A DNA stretch of 64,000 nt from Azolla caroliniana. Lineage: Eukaryota; Plantae; Polypodiophyta. The stretch covers positions 22,196,001 to 22,260,000 of the forward strand of contig JBHGNT010000006.1 of the NCBI GenBank assembly GCA_043228905.1, in the 5' to 3' direction. This document shows, piece by piece, positions 1 to 12,669 of this stretch; positions within the stretch are counted from its first letter, which is position 1, and each line of letters opens with the position of its first letter. A program made the position numbers and the translations under genes. The notes under the pieces were generated by a model that did no database searches, had not been told where the DNA came from, and worked only from the letters and a program-made list of their open reading frames with translations.

Positions 1-900
1 TGGAAAGAGCAGCATTGTAAATGCATCTCTAGATGGCTTTTGTCATATCCAAGTACTTATTCAGAGCAAGATTTGAATTCGTACAGGAGCTGTTGTATCC
101 AAGTACTTATCCAGAATAAGTGTTCAATCTTGCAACATGATGAAAACAAAATTGATAATGTCTGAATTGATGTGAAAATAGTTCTAAATTTCAACACAAT
201 TTGCTTTTCACTTACAATCAAATCGCCTCACCTCATTTGGCAGTGGTGCTGTGCTTTCTTCCAAGCATTGAAGAACTCATGAGTCTGTCTTTATCATATC
301 AGAGTTTTCTGCTAATTGAGTCTTGTCTACCAATCAAATGAGTTAATATCTTTGACGAAACCCATGTTTCCCTTTTGAGATGGATTGCTGATTTGTACCA
401 ACAAAAGTTGGTCTCGAAAACTTACCAGCATTGAAGAAGACCTCTTGAGTCTGTCTACCAATCAGATGAGTTATATTTTGACAAAATACATGGAATTGAC
501 TTTTGAGATGTGAATTGCTGATTTGTAGGCAACAGAAGTAGGTTCAGATGTGAATATTGCAATGCTGCCCATGGTTTACCATCTCAAACAGGTGGACATG
601 TGGTTCACATATTCCCCTGTATTCAATCATCCTTGATGATAGCTCATGTTCGCCCAATCTCACAGTCCCCTGTACCCTACCCAATTGTCCTATCAATGGT
701 AGTGGTACAAAATGCAAGTCACCAATTACCCTGCCAAACCTCCACCAGATGCTGAGATTGCTAGCAATCTGGATCTATGTCATTAATCAATCGAAGGAAG
801 TGGCCTTGTTTGATAATACCTCTCCCGTCTCCACCAGAACTGGACTATATAATTTGCTCAGAGAAAATGATGCAGATGATAATTATTTATATTCTGTGCA

Positions 901-3900
901 TTATATCCCCAATTCAGGAACCTGGAGACAATAAAGATTGTTATCTCTACACCCTATGAAAATCCTGCCATCTAGCATCACTGGTGAAGAAAACACATCC
1001 CCTGGCAATCTTAAAGCAGCAACATGTTCACAAGCCTTAAATTTCATATCTACATTGATTTCAGTTGAAGGCACAACGATTTTTTGGAAATTTGCTTCAT
1101 CCACTGCCTTGTGCTCCTCAACAGAGTGAGTCCTTAGACCTCCATAAACTTTCAGTACATGCATTTGTCCCAATGAGCCACAAACAACAACTAATCGAAA
1201 GCTATGGACAACACAGCCATTGTGTTCTGTTAAAGTTAAGTCAAGGCCCTCATCTACGAAGGCTGCAGATGTGATAGGCTCACCTACATGATGTTTCCAT
1301 AAGCATGTACCACTAGATACATTTAGAGAGTAAACCCAACCATCCCTACAGCAGACTAAAACTTGTGATGGTAGAGCTGACGAGATACATGCCCCAGCAA
1401 AGATTGGTCCCAACGTCTTATATTGCCACGCAAGCAAACCAGTTGGTGTTAAAGCCACCACAAAACCATTCACCAAAGTACATATGACATATCCAAGATC
1501 AGTATCAATAATAGGTGACCCAAATATAGGAGCACCACTTTGATATGTCCAACAGATGTGTGGAGAATTCAGTTCAGATGTTATTGCAATAACAGATCCT
1601 CCTGTTGTTGCAATATATGCTAACCTTCTACTTGAGTCATGAACTGGAGCTGCAAATATACTTTCCTTGCAGTCATGCTCCCATACACGAGACTGGTTTA
1701 CCGCATCGAGTATGTAGACCTTGTGATCATGAGAGCCGCACCAAATAAGACCTTTCAGAATGTCCATAGTCGGCTGGCACTTTACCTCAGCGTTGGTTTG
1801 GAATTTCCACCTCAGCATCCCATTTTCACAGTCAAAGAAATATAGAAAACCATCATAGCAACCCACCATTACTTGGGTTAAATCCAATGTAATGCCAGCA
1901 GACGACTCTACTCTCCCTCCTAATACACTTTCCCAAATCAATGAACCACTGCAAGCATCAATGCATACAAAATTATGTGCATGTGAACCAATGAACAAGT
2001 GACACTTATGCTTTGATACTAGCAGTAGTGGTGATGCATCAATGCAAGCTTTTAGCTGCACAGTCCACACAATAGTTAAACTGGATAAGCTCCTTGCTAA
2101 TGAGCATGGTGCTGAATGAACGGGGACTTTACAAACCCTACTCTTCATAACAGTCTTATGAGAGATAGCATGTACATTACATCTTAATAATACCAAAGGT
2201 TCTGTAACCTGTATATATGGCCATCTATGACCAAGATCAATATCAACATCTACATTGCTAGAATTTAGGTGATCTGTAATCTGCATAGGTGGAATAATTG
2301 GTGAGGAAACCATTTTCAAGCGTTTATGCTTTCCTGGGTTGACTGTGGCAGAAAACAAACTACCTTCTTTCTGAGTTTTCAAAACAGATTCTAGTGCTAA
2401 TGCAGAACTATAATGGTACAAAACTTGCATGTCTATGCCGAGAATGTAAGCCACATGAGCAGCAGATACAGATGTTCCACCTAGAGAGAAAAAATTATCA
2501 TGAACTGAAATATTATCCATCTTCAAAACTCGTTCAAAGACATGTTTAATATGAATAGATATTGGGTTTATTTCTTCAATATTAGGAGATTCAGCCAAAG
2601 GCATATTCAATGTAATAATTGAATTTGAAAGAGCTTGATAATCCACTTTACCAGAAACCAGCAACGGCAAAGAACCAAGAAATTGAAAGCAGTGAGGAAT
2701 GGCTGCCAATGGCAATCTCTCACCCAGCCAACTTCTAAGATTTGCTTCTACTTGAGACAATTCACTCTTGATGACCCCAGAATTTTTACGCTTGCTTGAT
2801 ATGTTTGTCTCTTTATTCGATTCAATAACAATGTGGGCAATCATGTTGCAATCCAAATTAATCCTCTCTTCAAAGGTCACAGCTGCTTGAGCGACAAGAG
2901 GATGCATCTGCAGAGCATTTTCAATTTCTTCGAGTACGACTTTATGTCCATTCATCTTTACAGTCCTGTCTTTCCTCCCTAAATATAGAAGAATCCCACT
3001 CGTAAGCTTCTTTACGTAGTCGCCAGTTTTGAAGAATTGCATATTCTTGTATTCAGGACCATCTACACATTCCATAAAGTTTTCCTTTGTTTTGTAACTG
3101 TCCTTGTAATATCCTGATGCAACCAGAATACCACCTACCCACAACTCTCCCTCATTTTGATTGTTTTCATTGGATGATATTTCGAAAAAACAACCAGGAA
3201 TAGGTTTCCCTATTGGCACAGATGGATACGCCCAATCACTCTCTATTGCCCCACACTCAAAAAAGAAACAATCACCAGAAACCTCAGTACTTCCATATAA
3301 ATTGAGAATCAATGTACCAGGTAAAATCGACCTTATTCTTTCAAGAAGCCAATGCATAAGAACTTCACCACTTAGCAAAACAATACGCAAAGAGTGTTGT
3401 TCCCTGTTATTCGATATTCGACTTTGTAGAACAGGAAGAACAGCTCGCATCCAAGATGGCACAGTAGTGAGTCTCGATACTTTATATGCTTCCAAGAAAT
3501 GCAGAAGTCCTAAAGGGTTCTTAAATATGTCTTCTGGAGGTGGCACGATGATAAGCGAGCTTCCGAGAAGAGGTCCAAACAATTCTGTTAAATGGTCAAT
3601 GAACGCAATTGAAGTTTTGAATATGGCTACATCATTTGGTCCAAATGGATACTCACGTTGCATCCAACAAAGCCGATGCATGAGTCCAACTTCAGTCCCA
3701 CAGACACCCTTGGGTTTTGTGGTTGTTCCAGATGTGTACATGATGTAACAGTGAGTCCGAGTCCAGGATGGCGCACAATGACAGAAACAAGGGCATACCT
3801 CATTGTCAATACGTCTACTGCAGTATTGGAGGAAAAATACGTGAGTTTAGTGTGATTTTAGTTTTTGCAACATTCAAAACATACCTTTAAATCATGTAAC

Positions 3901-5136
3901 TAAAAGTTTGCGACAACCTTCAAATTTGAAATTGAAGTGACAGATATATCTTTAAGTTCTGAAATTGAAGGCATAAATATTCCAAATCTTAGCTAGTATT
4001 ATACTGTAAACATAAAGGTTAAATTTTTTAATAGCTCCAAATTTTCAACTTGAAGGGATAACACAATGATATCTTCCATCCTTTAGTTCTAAACTTATGA
4101 AAATGCTCCAAATATTGAAATTTTCGCAAATAAATAATCTCAAAATGCTGTAGATAAAGGCTCCCCACCTTTTGGAACAATTAGCATCACCCATGTCGTT
4201 GGACGAGGACTTGATGTCGAGGATAGATTCCCAATCAATGTGTGGAAAGGGAGGTTTAACAGTATCTTCGACTGAACTTGAAGATAGCTCTGGGGGTTGT
4301 TCACATGATAGATCAACCCATAAGAAGGGAACTTCAACACTACCTTCAGAGGAACTCGAAGATATCTTTAGCGGTTGTTCACATGCTAGATCAACATGTG
4401 AAAACAGAACCTTCACAGTAGATTCATAGGAATTTGAAGATATTTCCATAGGTTGTTCACGTGCCAATACGAGACAAGTATCTGAATCGATGATCACATC
4501 AGCCAATCTCTGAGATGGCCAAAAAGGATCCAATGGAACAAATGCAAATCCACATTGAAGAACTGCAAGCACTGCCACTACATACTCTACAGATGGACCC
4601 ATAAAGAGGCCCACATTCCTAGCAAGTTCTGTGTTGCTCTCCGATCGAGATGTTGAGGAAGACGGAGACATGGTGCTTTCTTGATGATGGGGATGGTGTG
4701 GCAATGCTTTTCGTAGGCGTGCCGCTAGTCTATTCACCAGTGTGAGAAGGTTTGAGTATGTGAAACATTCATCTCCAGGATTGACTTGAACATCTCGTCT
4801 GGATGTCTGATTTGGTCTAGAGATCGCAACACTGCATCCTTCTTCTTCTTCTTCTTCTTCTTCTTGTTTTCCGCTGTCTCCTTCTTCATCTTCATCATCT
4901 TCATCATCATCATCTTCATCATCATCATCTTCTTCTTCTTCTTCTTCTTCTTCTTCTTCTTCTTCATTCAATGATTCTTCCCTTTTGTCCAGAGGTCTTA
5001 TGTTTCTCTGCAAATGGGGAGAGGAAGCTCTGAGGAGGGCGAGGTGGCAGGGGTGGCGATGGGCCACGCGTGCAAAAGAGCAATAAAGGCAATGGCCTTC
5101 TTCTTCTCCAACAACATCTTCTTCAGAACAGAGCAT
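901..5136 (-). CDS. AAE19: Acyl-activating enzyme 19 / AASDH(ACSF4)-like protein (adenylation + thiolation + PQQ-like beta-propeller); exons 4169-5136 and 901-3817, ~1294 aa
   Basis: A-domain motifs YIMYTSGTTTKPKG, NLYGSTE, FKTGD, GRKDRTVKMNG, SGKVD. Ppant motif DNFFSLGGTS. C-terminal PQQ-type repeats ending FSSPVMLDGRIFIGCRDNNLYCL. A GT..AG intron at 3818-4168 joins the two ORFs in frame (AG|T = Ser). Confidence 0.9.
4839..4966 (-). repeat. Coding (GAA)n/(GAT)n microsatellite encoding a poly-Glu/Asp tract in AAE19
   Basis: (ttc)n/(atc)n on the + strand; translates as EEEEEEEEEEEEDDDDEDDDDEDDEDEEG...EEEEEEEE. Confidence 0.9.
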
Positions 5137-5224
5137 AGCTATCTGTCTGTGTCTGTCACTCTGGACCCACACGATCACAGAACAGAGGCCAAGTCTGTGC
5201 TTGAGCAATAAAATAGCAGGGGAT

Positions 5225-5266
5225 GAAACCCTAAACAATCAAAATGGAAGATGATGAAACCCTAAA
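5225..5266. promoter_or_regulatory. Two telo-box motifs (AAACCCTAA) upstream of the AAE19 start
   Basis: gaaaccctaaa occurs twice ~90-130 bp upstream of the ATG. Telo-boxes are typical near the TSS of plant housekeeping genes. Confidence 0.55.
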
Positions 5267-5391
5267 TAAATCAATCAATCAATCAATGGCAGGGGATTGA
5301 TTAGATGCAGGGGCGAAAAGAACCCTATGTATGTTGTTAAAGCTAGACATAATTATCGAGAAATCAATACCGATTGTTGTTAAAGCTAGAC

Positions 5392-5790
5392 GTGTCTGAT
5401 TCATTATGCTTTGGTTGATAGATGATGTCGGGGTTATTCATTATGCTTTGGTTGTTGATCCATGATGTCTGGGTTACTCATTATCTTTCGGCCGATCAAT
5501 GATCTCTGGGTTTTCATTATGTTTTGATCAATTGATGATGTCCGGGCTACTCATTATGTTTTGATCGATTGATGATGTCTGGGCTATTCATTATGTTTTG
5601 GTCGATCGATCATGTCTGGGATATTCATTATGTTTTGATTGATCGATTATGTCTGGGATATTCATTATGTTTTGATTGATCGATCATGTCTGGGATATTC
5701 ATTATGTTTTGGTCGATCGATCATGTCTGGGATATTCATTCTGTTCTGGTTGATAGATGATGTCTGGGCTATTCATTACGTTTCAGCTTA
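5392..5790. repeat. Minisatellite, ~37-bp unit (gatcgatcatgtctgggatattcattatgttttg), about 10 copies
   Basis: Head-to-tail degenerate copies visible directly. Confidence 0.85.
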
Positions 5791-6234
5791 TAAGATTATG
5801 TCTAGGTTCTTCATGTATGTCACTACTACCAAAGCGAATTCTATGTTATCATGCCATAATTATCATGTGATGATAGATGCCCTCCCTCCATTGTTAGGGC
5901 CCTTTGAATTTTTCGGTGAGATACTAAGGAAGAAAATGCATTATTCATATGGTGTTTCCATCAAAAACAATCATGTCTAGGCTATTCAGTCTGTTCTTGT
6001 TGATAGATGATGTATGGGCTATTCATTATGTTTCAGTTTATAAGATTATGTCTAGGTTCTTCATGTATGTTGCTACTACCATAGCGAATTCTATATAAGA
6101 CGCCACTTTCATGCCATAATTATCATGTGATGATAGATGCCCTCCCTCCCTCCATTGTTAGGGACCTTTGAAATTATCGGTGAGATGCTAAGGAAGAAAA
6201 TGCATTATTCATATGGCGTTTCCATCAAAAACAA
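5721..6234. repeat. Tandem duplication of ~250-260 bp (5721-5970 / 5971-6234)
   Basis: Both copies run tcatgtct...taagattatgtctaggttc...tccatcaaaaacaa. Confidence 0.8.
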
Positions 6235-8306
6235 AACCTCGCTTAGTGCTTCCCTTCATTGTTCGTGTATTTCTTGTGAAGGCTTGACTCATAGAATCTC
6301 TCTAATCTCAATTCAAGTATTGTTTGCAATTACCATATATTTTTGTAATCTAGCAATAAGGAACATGCAACATTGTTTTCGAGTTTCCTTACCACCCTTG
6401 GTTCATGTATAGTAGAAGAGATTCATTCGATGTGGATCATTGGAGGAAAGCATTTCATTGAGCAATCATCACACTTAGTGGACATTCGTGGTGTGATACA
6501 CCATAAGAGTTAACTTGCTTACTATTATACAGTTGTATGGTTAATATGACAATGCATAGAGGTGCATGATTAATATTGCTTTCTATAGCTTGCATGAGTG
6601 TGGATTCTTTTGTATATTTCTAGTCGTAATGCAATACAATAACAAGTTGATCATTTCATTGAAATAATTGCACTTTGTGAGTTTTCACCTTATACTGAGG
6701 TTTCCAATCACTGAAGAAGGTTGCATGATTAGAGTACATGTTGTCATGCTTGATCTTGAATCATAATATAGCTCGCCTATAGTGTTTTGCCTTTGTCATC
6801 TTTAGGCAATTATTATTTTCATATCAACCCAAAAGTTAATGTTAATTTCTTTATTCGACATTCAAATTTTATGGTCCACATATTCAATGTTAACGTTGGT
6901 TCCACAAGGAGGAAAGCTTGGGCCATGTCTTCATGAAGTGGATAAATGTTTACTTTGGGCTTGAGAAATTTATTAGCACAAAAATTGGTTGCATCCACTA
7001 GCATGTTTCTTACTTACATGGGTTTTATGCATTGAGAAGGGATCTAGTGCAAATAAATTATTGTTGAAATCAAACGTTATCCCTACCATTATTACTTAAT
7101 GCGATATTAGTTATTTGTCCAACCAATCCATTTCCACTTTGTTCTTGTGCAACAAAAATATCTTTATGTAAATTTTATTCTGCCTTACAGATTTTCTATT
7201 TCTTTGATGTTCAAGCATCAAGAAGATTCTCTATAGATGAGAGTGCTTGTGTCCCTCGTCTCTTTGAAGGTTTCCCTAACCACTTATTCCCTAGATCGTG
7301 TACAATGGAAATTCACAAGTGTTATTTTGGTATGTGCATATTCTCATCGCTTAACGCTTGAGACGTATTTGCCACATCATGTGTTCATTTTATTGTGATT
7401 AATGGCAATTCAAAATATTCCTTACAAGAGGATAGAGCAATTAGGATCCTCTTCTAGCAACATGTTATCACGTATGTTTAAGTAGAAAGGAAAGGGTTGT
7501 CTCTATTGCAAATATTAGCAAAATTAACTCGTTCATGTTCTAGAGTTTTATCATCCTTGTTGAGCTATGATACATTTGGTCGCATACGAGCATTTCATGG
7601 GACATTTGTCCTTGCTTATTATATGTCCATTACAGACTCTTTAAAATATAAACATTGCTTTGTGACCACTATGATGAACATACAAGTTGTAGGTATCCAA
7701 TGTCCATTTCTATACATGGTATTCAATCATTGCCAATGACATAAGATGCCTTTCTTTCCATGGATACTATTGAAAACTTGGTAACTTGTATTTTTTGCTT
7801 CCTTATCATATTTAAGTAATATGACAAATTCACGGTGAGTAAAGACAAATATTTAACAAATATAGACAAGGACACAAACATTTTCCATACTTATTTTGAT
7901 AACATTTACAATTATTTTACAAATGTGAATTGAAATACAAGAGGTTAAAAAGATCTAAAAAAAAGAATTGTGTAGTAGTATACCCACATCTCGATCAAAC
8001 GAGAGCAAGCCAAAAAAGAGAGGGAATATACGGGTGTTTGTGCAAATGTAGGCTAAAGCCATAAGGACATCAACATTATTGACATATGCTTAGGAGATTA
8101 CAATGAGATATGCACGTAGGGTACAAATGAGAGTTGTGACACTTGAATGTAGTGTGTCAAATAATGACACCTCTTAAGAATGTCACAACAAGACATGTAA
8201 TTTGTTCAAGGGGGTGAAGATCTAAAACATGAGATGTAAGACTATAGTGGATTGAATCATCTTAGTTTTACCACGAAGTGGGCAATGAGAGTATCATATT
8301 ACTTGC

Positions 8307-8346
8307 TTATGTATGTATGTATGTATGTATGTATGTATGTATGTAT
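8307..8346. repeat. (TATG)n microsatellite
   Basis: Direct. Confidence 0.9.
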
Positions 8347-8492
8347 TGGTCCTTAAACACATTGACAAGTACTTAGGAGAATGCGATGAAAATACAATCT
8401 TATCCATGAAATTGTGAACAAGTCCCAAGGACGTTGGTAAACCATCCTTTTTGTCCATGAACTCATAGACAAGTCCTATATGAAAGAGGACG

Positions 8493-9065
8493 TTAGAAGG
8501 TATGGTGGAATACACCTTGATTCATGGCACGCACAAATGCAAAGCATGCTACAACATAGACAAGAAAAAGGAGGAGAAGGATGACAAGGCTAATAATGGA
8601 AACGGTCCCCCAATCATGCTTGAAGTTTAGGAGAGAATTTACATTGCAATCACTAGCTGACAACAAAGTTGAAATTGTCGAATCATGAGCGGTGATCAAG
8701 GGGGAGGATTGCAAAGCATTGACTTGGATGAGATCCTGAAATCCATGGCTTTTGAGGAGGAAAGCAAAGGTGGTGAAAATGATGAGGAGAAGGATTATGA
8801 GAGTGAGAAGGGCAATGTAGAGCCAAATGAGGCCAAGGATTCTACGACGGGCACCAGTTAAGCCGATAAATGAGATAACAAACATGATGATGCCGATGGA
8901 GATGATAAGCCATTGTATGTGAGAGGAGCAATGGTAGCCACGATGGGCAATCCAAATGCCAACACCAAGAACAACCAATGAGAGCAATAAGGTTAGAAAG
9001 TTGATGAGGATGAGGATCCTTATGCTTAGAGAGGGGCGCCTAGTATGATCTGGTCTTCCTAACAT
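8493..9065 (-). CDS. Tetraspanin-like protein, single exon, with a strongly shortened large extracellular loop
   Basis: Four hydrophobic segments and plant TET motifs (LINFLTLLLS, GIWI, C..IQW, FVISFIGLTGA, IWLY, DWGTVSII...VYVVACFAF). First ATG at 9065. Confidence 0.75.
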   Translation of the reverse strand: MLGRPDHTRRPSLSIRILILINFLTLLLSLVVLGVGIWIAHRGYHCSSHIQWLIISIGIIMFVISFIGLTGARRRILGLIWLYIALLTLIILLLIIFTTFAFLLKSHGFQDLIQVNALQSSPLITAHDSTISTLLSASDCNVNSLLNFKHDWGTVSIISLVILLLLFLVYVVACFAFVRAMNQGVFHHTF

Positions 9066-10211
9066 CTTTTTGAATGGAGATTTTTGGCTACTCTCTTTCA
9101 AGGGAAATTTGATTTTTGATGCATAAAACTACCCCTTCATCCCTTATACTTTCTCTCGCAGACACATAGACACACACATGCACGTAAAGTGTATGCTATG
9201 CCAACCCATTTTATTCCTTGCACTCCTTTCTCTCTCTCGAATTTCCCTTGCTTGTGTCTAAGTTATGCTAGACTTCAATGTCACACTTTTGTCACACACA
9301 CACTAGTATAGAGAGAGTCCCATAGAGAATTAAATTAAGTCTTGGTGTCAAATTTATGTGAATATATTGATGTGTGTCATATAGACCCCTATAGAATTAA
9401 ATCAAGTGTTGGTTTCAAATCATATGTATCCATATTTATATGAATATGCAGATTTCCAATTTTTGTGACTCATGTTTTGTTGTAGTACGTGGTATACATA
9501 TGTACATATTGGTAAGAATATGTTTATTGACACTTTTAAATTGTATGTAAAAAGAACACTTGTTTCATGGCAATTGAAGACTCTAACATACCTTGTAGGT
9601 AGAAATCTAAGATGATTTTTTTGTGTGTTGTGTGTTGCACATATGTAATTATGTGTGTATACCAATTCGAATGAGTGAGGATAACATATATTTTAAGAGT
9701 GGTTCTTATTGTGAGCCTTGAGGACATCAAAGACTTTAAATTGAGCATAACATTATTAAAGATAAACTCAAAATTAATTTGAAACTATGCAGTCTTAATA
9801 TTTGTAGATGTTTGGGCAAGATTTGTTAATTTTCACTATAACGAAGTTATTGTTTCATAAAAATACATGTTGAAACATTTTACAAAGTACAATGTGCCAA
9901 TGAAATATAAATCCTATTAATTGTGCATATGTGGCCAACAAGCGGATCTACATACTTATCCAATATATCAATTCTGGGATACATTCTTGGCTAAATTGCA
10001 AATATGAGACATTTTTTTTATTGGGAGATACCATTGTATCCCTTAAGAATGGTCACAAGTGATGAAAGGGATATATGATGAAGAAAATATGTTTCTATTT
10101 TTCATGGTACTAAGATTTAGTGTGACATATTTGAGGATATTTCTACAAAGTTTTTTATTATGAAATTACCAAATTGATGAAAGGAATCCATTCGAAAAGG
10201 CATACAACCAA

Positions 10212-10918
10212 TTAAGCAACGAAGCCAAATACAAATGCCGTGACTAGAGCAACGAGAGGAGCAAAGATATTATTGATGGAAGAACTATGAGCAAAGTTGG
10301 GAACATAAGTTGTGGTATGGGGAGGAGGAAGAAAGATAACAGGTGAGGTGGGAATGTTGTTGTTGTTAGGTGAGGTGGGAATATTGTTGTTGTTATTGTT
10401 ATTATTGTTAATGTTGGTCGTGGGTGCATCTAAGACATTGACAACAAGGCGCAATCCTTGAGAACATTGGTCAGCATATCCAGATATGAAATAGAATGTT
10501 TGTGCAGAGGTAAGGGTAATGGCCATGTCACCCTCCCCACCATCAGAAGCAAGAGGACTATCGCTAGCACAATCATTATACCCAACTTCTGTCACAAGGA
10601 GAACGCTACTTTGTCCATAAGTATAGGGAAAATCTAGGGAAAACAAGGAACCATGTTATTCTTTCCACAATAATAGAACCATTTAAAGTAAAAACATTGA
10701 ACATTGTTAGAAATGAGTACAATCAATGAAACTGCCTTACATAATGTATCACCCACATAGAAGGTGTATTGGGATGCCCATGCTTGCAAATCAGTGCCAG
10801 GAGACCATCCAGCAGGGCCACCTACTGTATATGATGTTGCATGAATACCATCAAGCTTCAAAATAATCGCCACAATGAACATTGCTAACATCATGAGAGA
10901 ATAATGTCTTTGCGCCAT
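10212..10918 (-). CDS. Phytocyanin / early nodulin-like (ENODL) protein, probably GPI-anchored; exons 10741-10918 and 10212-10633
   Basis: Signal peptide, YTVGGPAGW, WASQYTFYVGDTL|YFPY, YNDC, YFISGYADQCSQGLRL, Pro/Thr/Asn-rich linker, hydrophobic C-terminus. Phase-1 GT..AG intron. Confidence 0.88.
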
Positions 10919-12084
10919 CGTTATTTGTAATAGATTGTGAAAAATGCTAATCTCGGTTTCTTATCAATAAGATTACCCACTGTTTGCTAGATAAAAACAA
11001 AGATGATCAAATGGTAGATTCAATGCCCTTACAAGCCAATCTCATTGATGTTTCGACTTGTGTTTTTATCCCTTACATGCTCTTTGTTGGTCTTAAATAC
11101 ACATGATCATCGAGACCTCATTTAGTTATTATAGTATTAAATATACTTGGCCTCAATATACATTCCTTCTTATTTTATTGTACGGTCATATAATATTCCT
11201 TTCATAGTCCCATTTGTATCTACTCCCATGTTGCATCCCACACTTTATGAACTCTTATCCTTCCTTGAAAGTTCAATGCTTGATACATTCTAAGACTTTT
11301 ATTGCCAAAGATACTCTACAAGTCAATTTGTTGTTATGTCTCTAAGAATCCCTTTGGACTTAGCCTTTCAAAATGAGTGTAGCAAGTTGCAACACGTTTA
11401 TCAATTTAATATTCATAGTCAGAATATTTTATTGTTCCACACTCTAGTTTATATACCACATTTCTTGCCACTCCCAATAGGTAATCCTTAATATAGATCT
11501 AGCTTTAGTTTGGCAAAGAGTTAAGGTGTTGCACTTTCTAAATTCATCGATTTTCAAATGCCCCAATATGTAAAATAAACTAACATAATAGACGATTAGA
11601 AAGGATGAAACCAACATTATAATTTGTGTTGTGTTTCTCACACCTTTAGCTAATCTAATTTGAAAACAATACATACATGCACTATCTTGGAGCATAGAAC
11701 TAATGGTCTCTGGGATTATTGTATACAAATATGTCTATAGACCTATATAAACATGTTTTTGAGTGGATTGATAGTCCATTCATCATAGGTGGTTGTTTAC
11801 AAACCAATGATTGGCAACCGACAAATTGGAAATACTTGTTTTGCATATGCATAGTGGTTGCATAAAAATGTTCAATTGTGCTATAATTGGCTAAGATTCC
11901 CTCCAGAGTTGATGTTTTGATTTTATGCCATTATTGTTTTTCTTATTACAACTTTGGATGCAACTTTCATGGTTATGGTCCAAGACCATACCAAGCAAGA
12001 TTCACTTCCCCACATAACTATTTCAAGAATGAAAATTTTAGCGTGAGATTGAATCAGCAATGAGAACATGTAAAAAGTGAACTA

Positions 12085-12669
12085 GCATATTGATTCATGA
12101 GAGAATTAACACACAAACATAGTTTGGGAATTCGTAAGAATGTCTTACAAATTACATGAATCAAACATTGTGTTAAATTTAACAATTGTTTACCATTTTT
12201 GGCATAAATTTATTTTTTATTACAAGAACTATTACACCTTGTTTTTGACAAATATTAATGTGGTGCTTTTTAATTTGATTTTCAGTTGTATGCGCCCTTA
12301 TATATTCTCAACAGACCATTCCACTTCATCTAACCCCACTTTCCTTCCTCATGTTAACAATTTAATGCCTACTTTTGCATATTGATTCATGAGAGAATTA
12401 ACACACAAACATAGTTTGGGAATTCGTAAGAATGTCTTACAAATTACATGAATCAAACATTGTGTTAAATTTAACAATTGTTTACCATTTTTGGCATAAA
12501 TTTATTTTTTATTACAAGAACTATTACACCTTGTTTTTGACAAATATTAATGTGGTGCTTTTTAATTTGATTTTCAGTTGTATGCGCCCTTATATATTCT
12601 CAACAGACCATTCCACTTCATCTAACCCCACTTTCCTTCCTCATGTTAACAATTTAATGCCTACTTTTG
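12085..12669. repeat. Apparently identical 292-bp tandem duplication
   Basis: gcatattgattcatgagag...atgcctacttttg repeats at offset 292; ORFs at 12140 and 12432 translate identically. Confidence 0.9.

Noticed and set aside
262-540. Imperfect ~130-bp duplication downstream of AAE19
   Set aside because: Appears real but is an ordinary non-coding local duplication.
901-3741. NRPS-like A-T module as a bacterial HGT or biosynthetic cluster
   Set aside because: The A-T-PQQ architecture is the conserved eukaryotic AASDH/AAE19 family, and no biosynthetic neighbours are present.
4734-4974. Poly-K/M and poly-F/I ORFs
   Set aside because: Alternative-frame readings of the AAE19 coding microsatellite.
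5392-5790. CRISPR-like array (also considered for 17120-18175 and 56200-57100)
   Set aside because: Head-to-tail degenerate units with no unique spacers, no cas genes, and a eukaryotic context.
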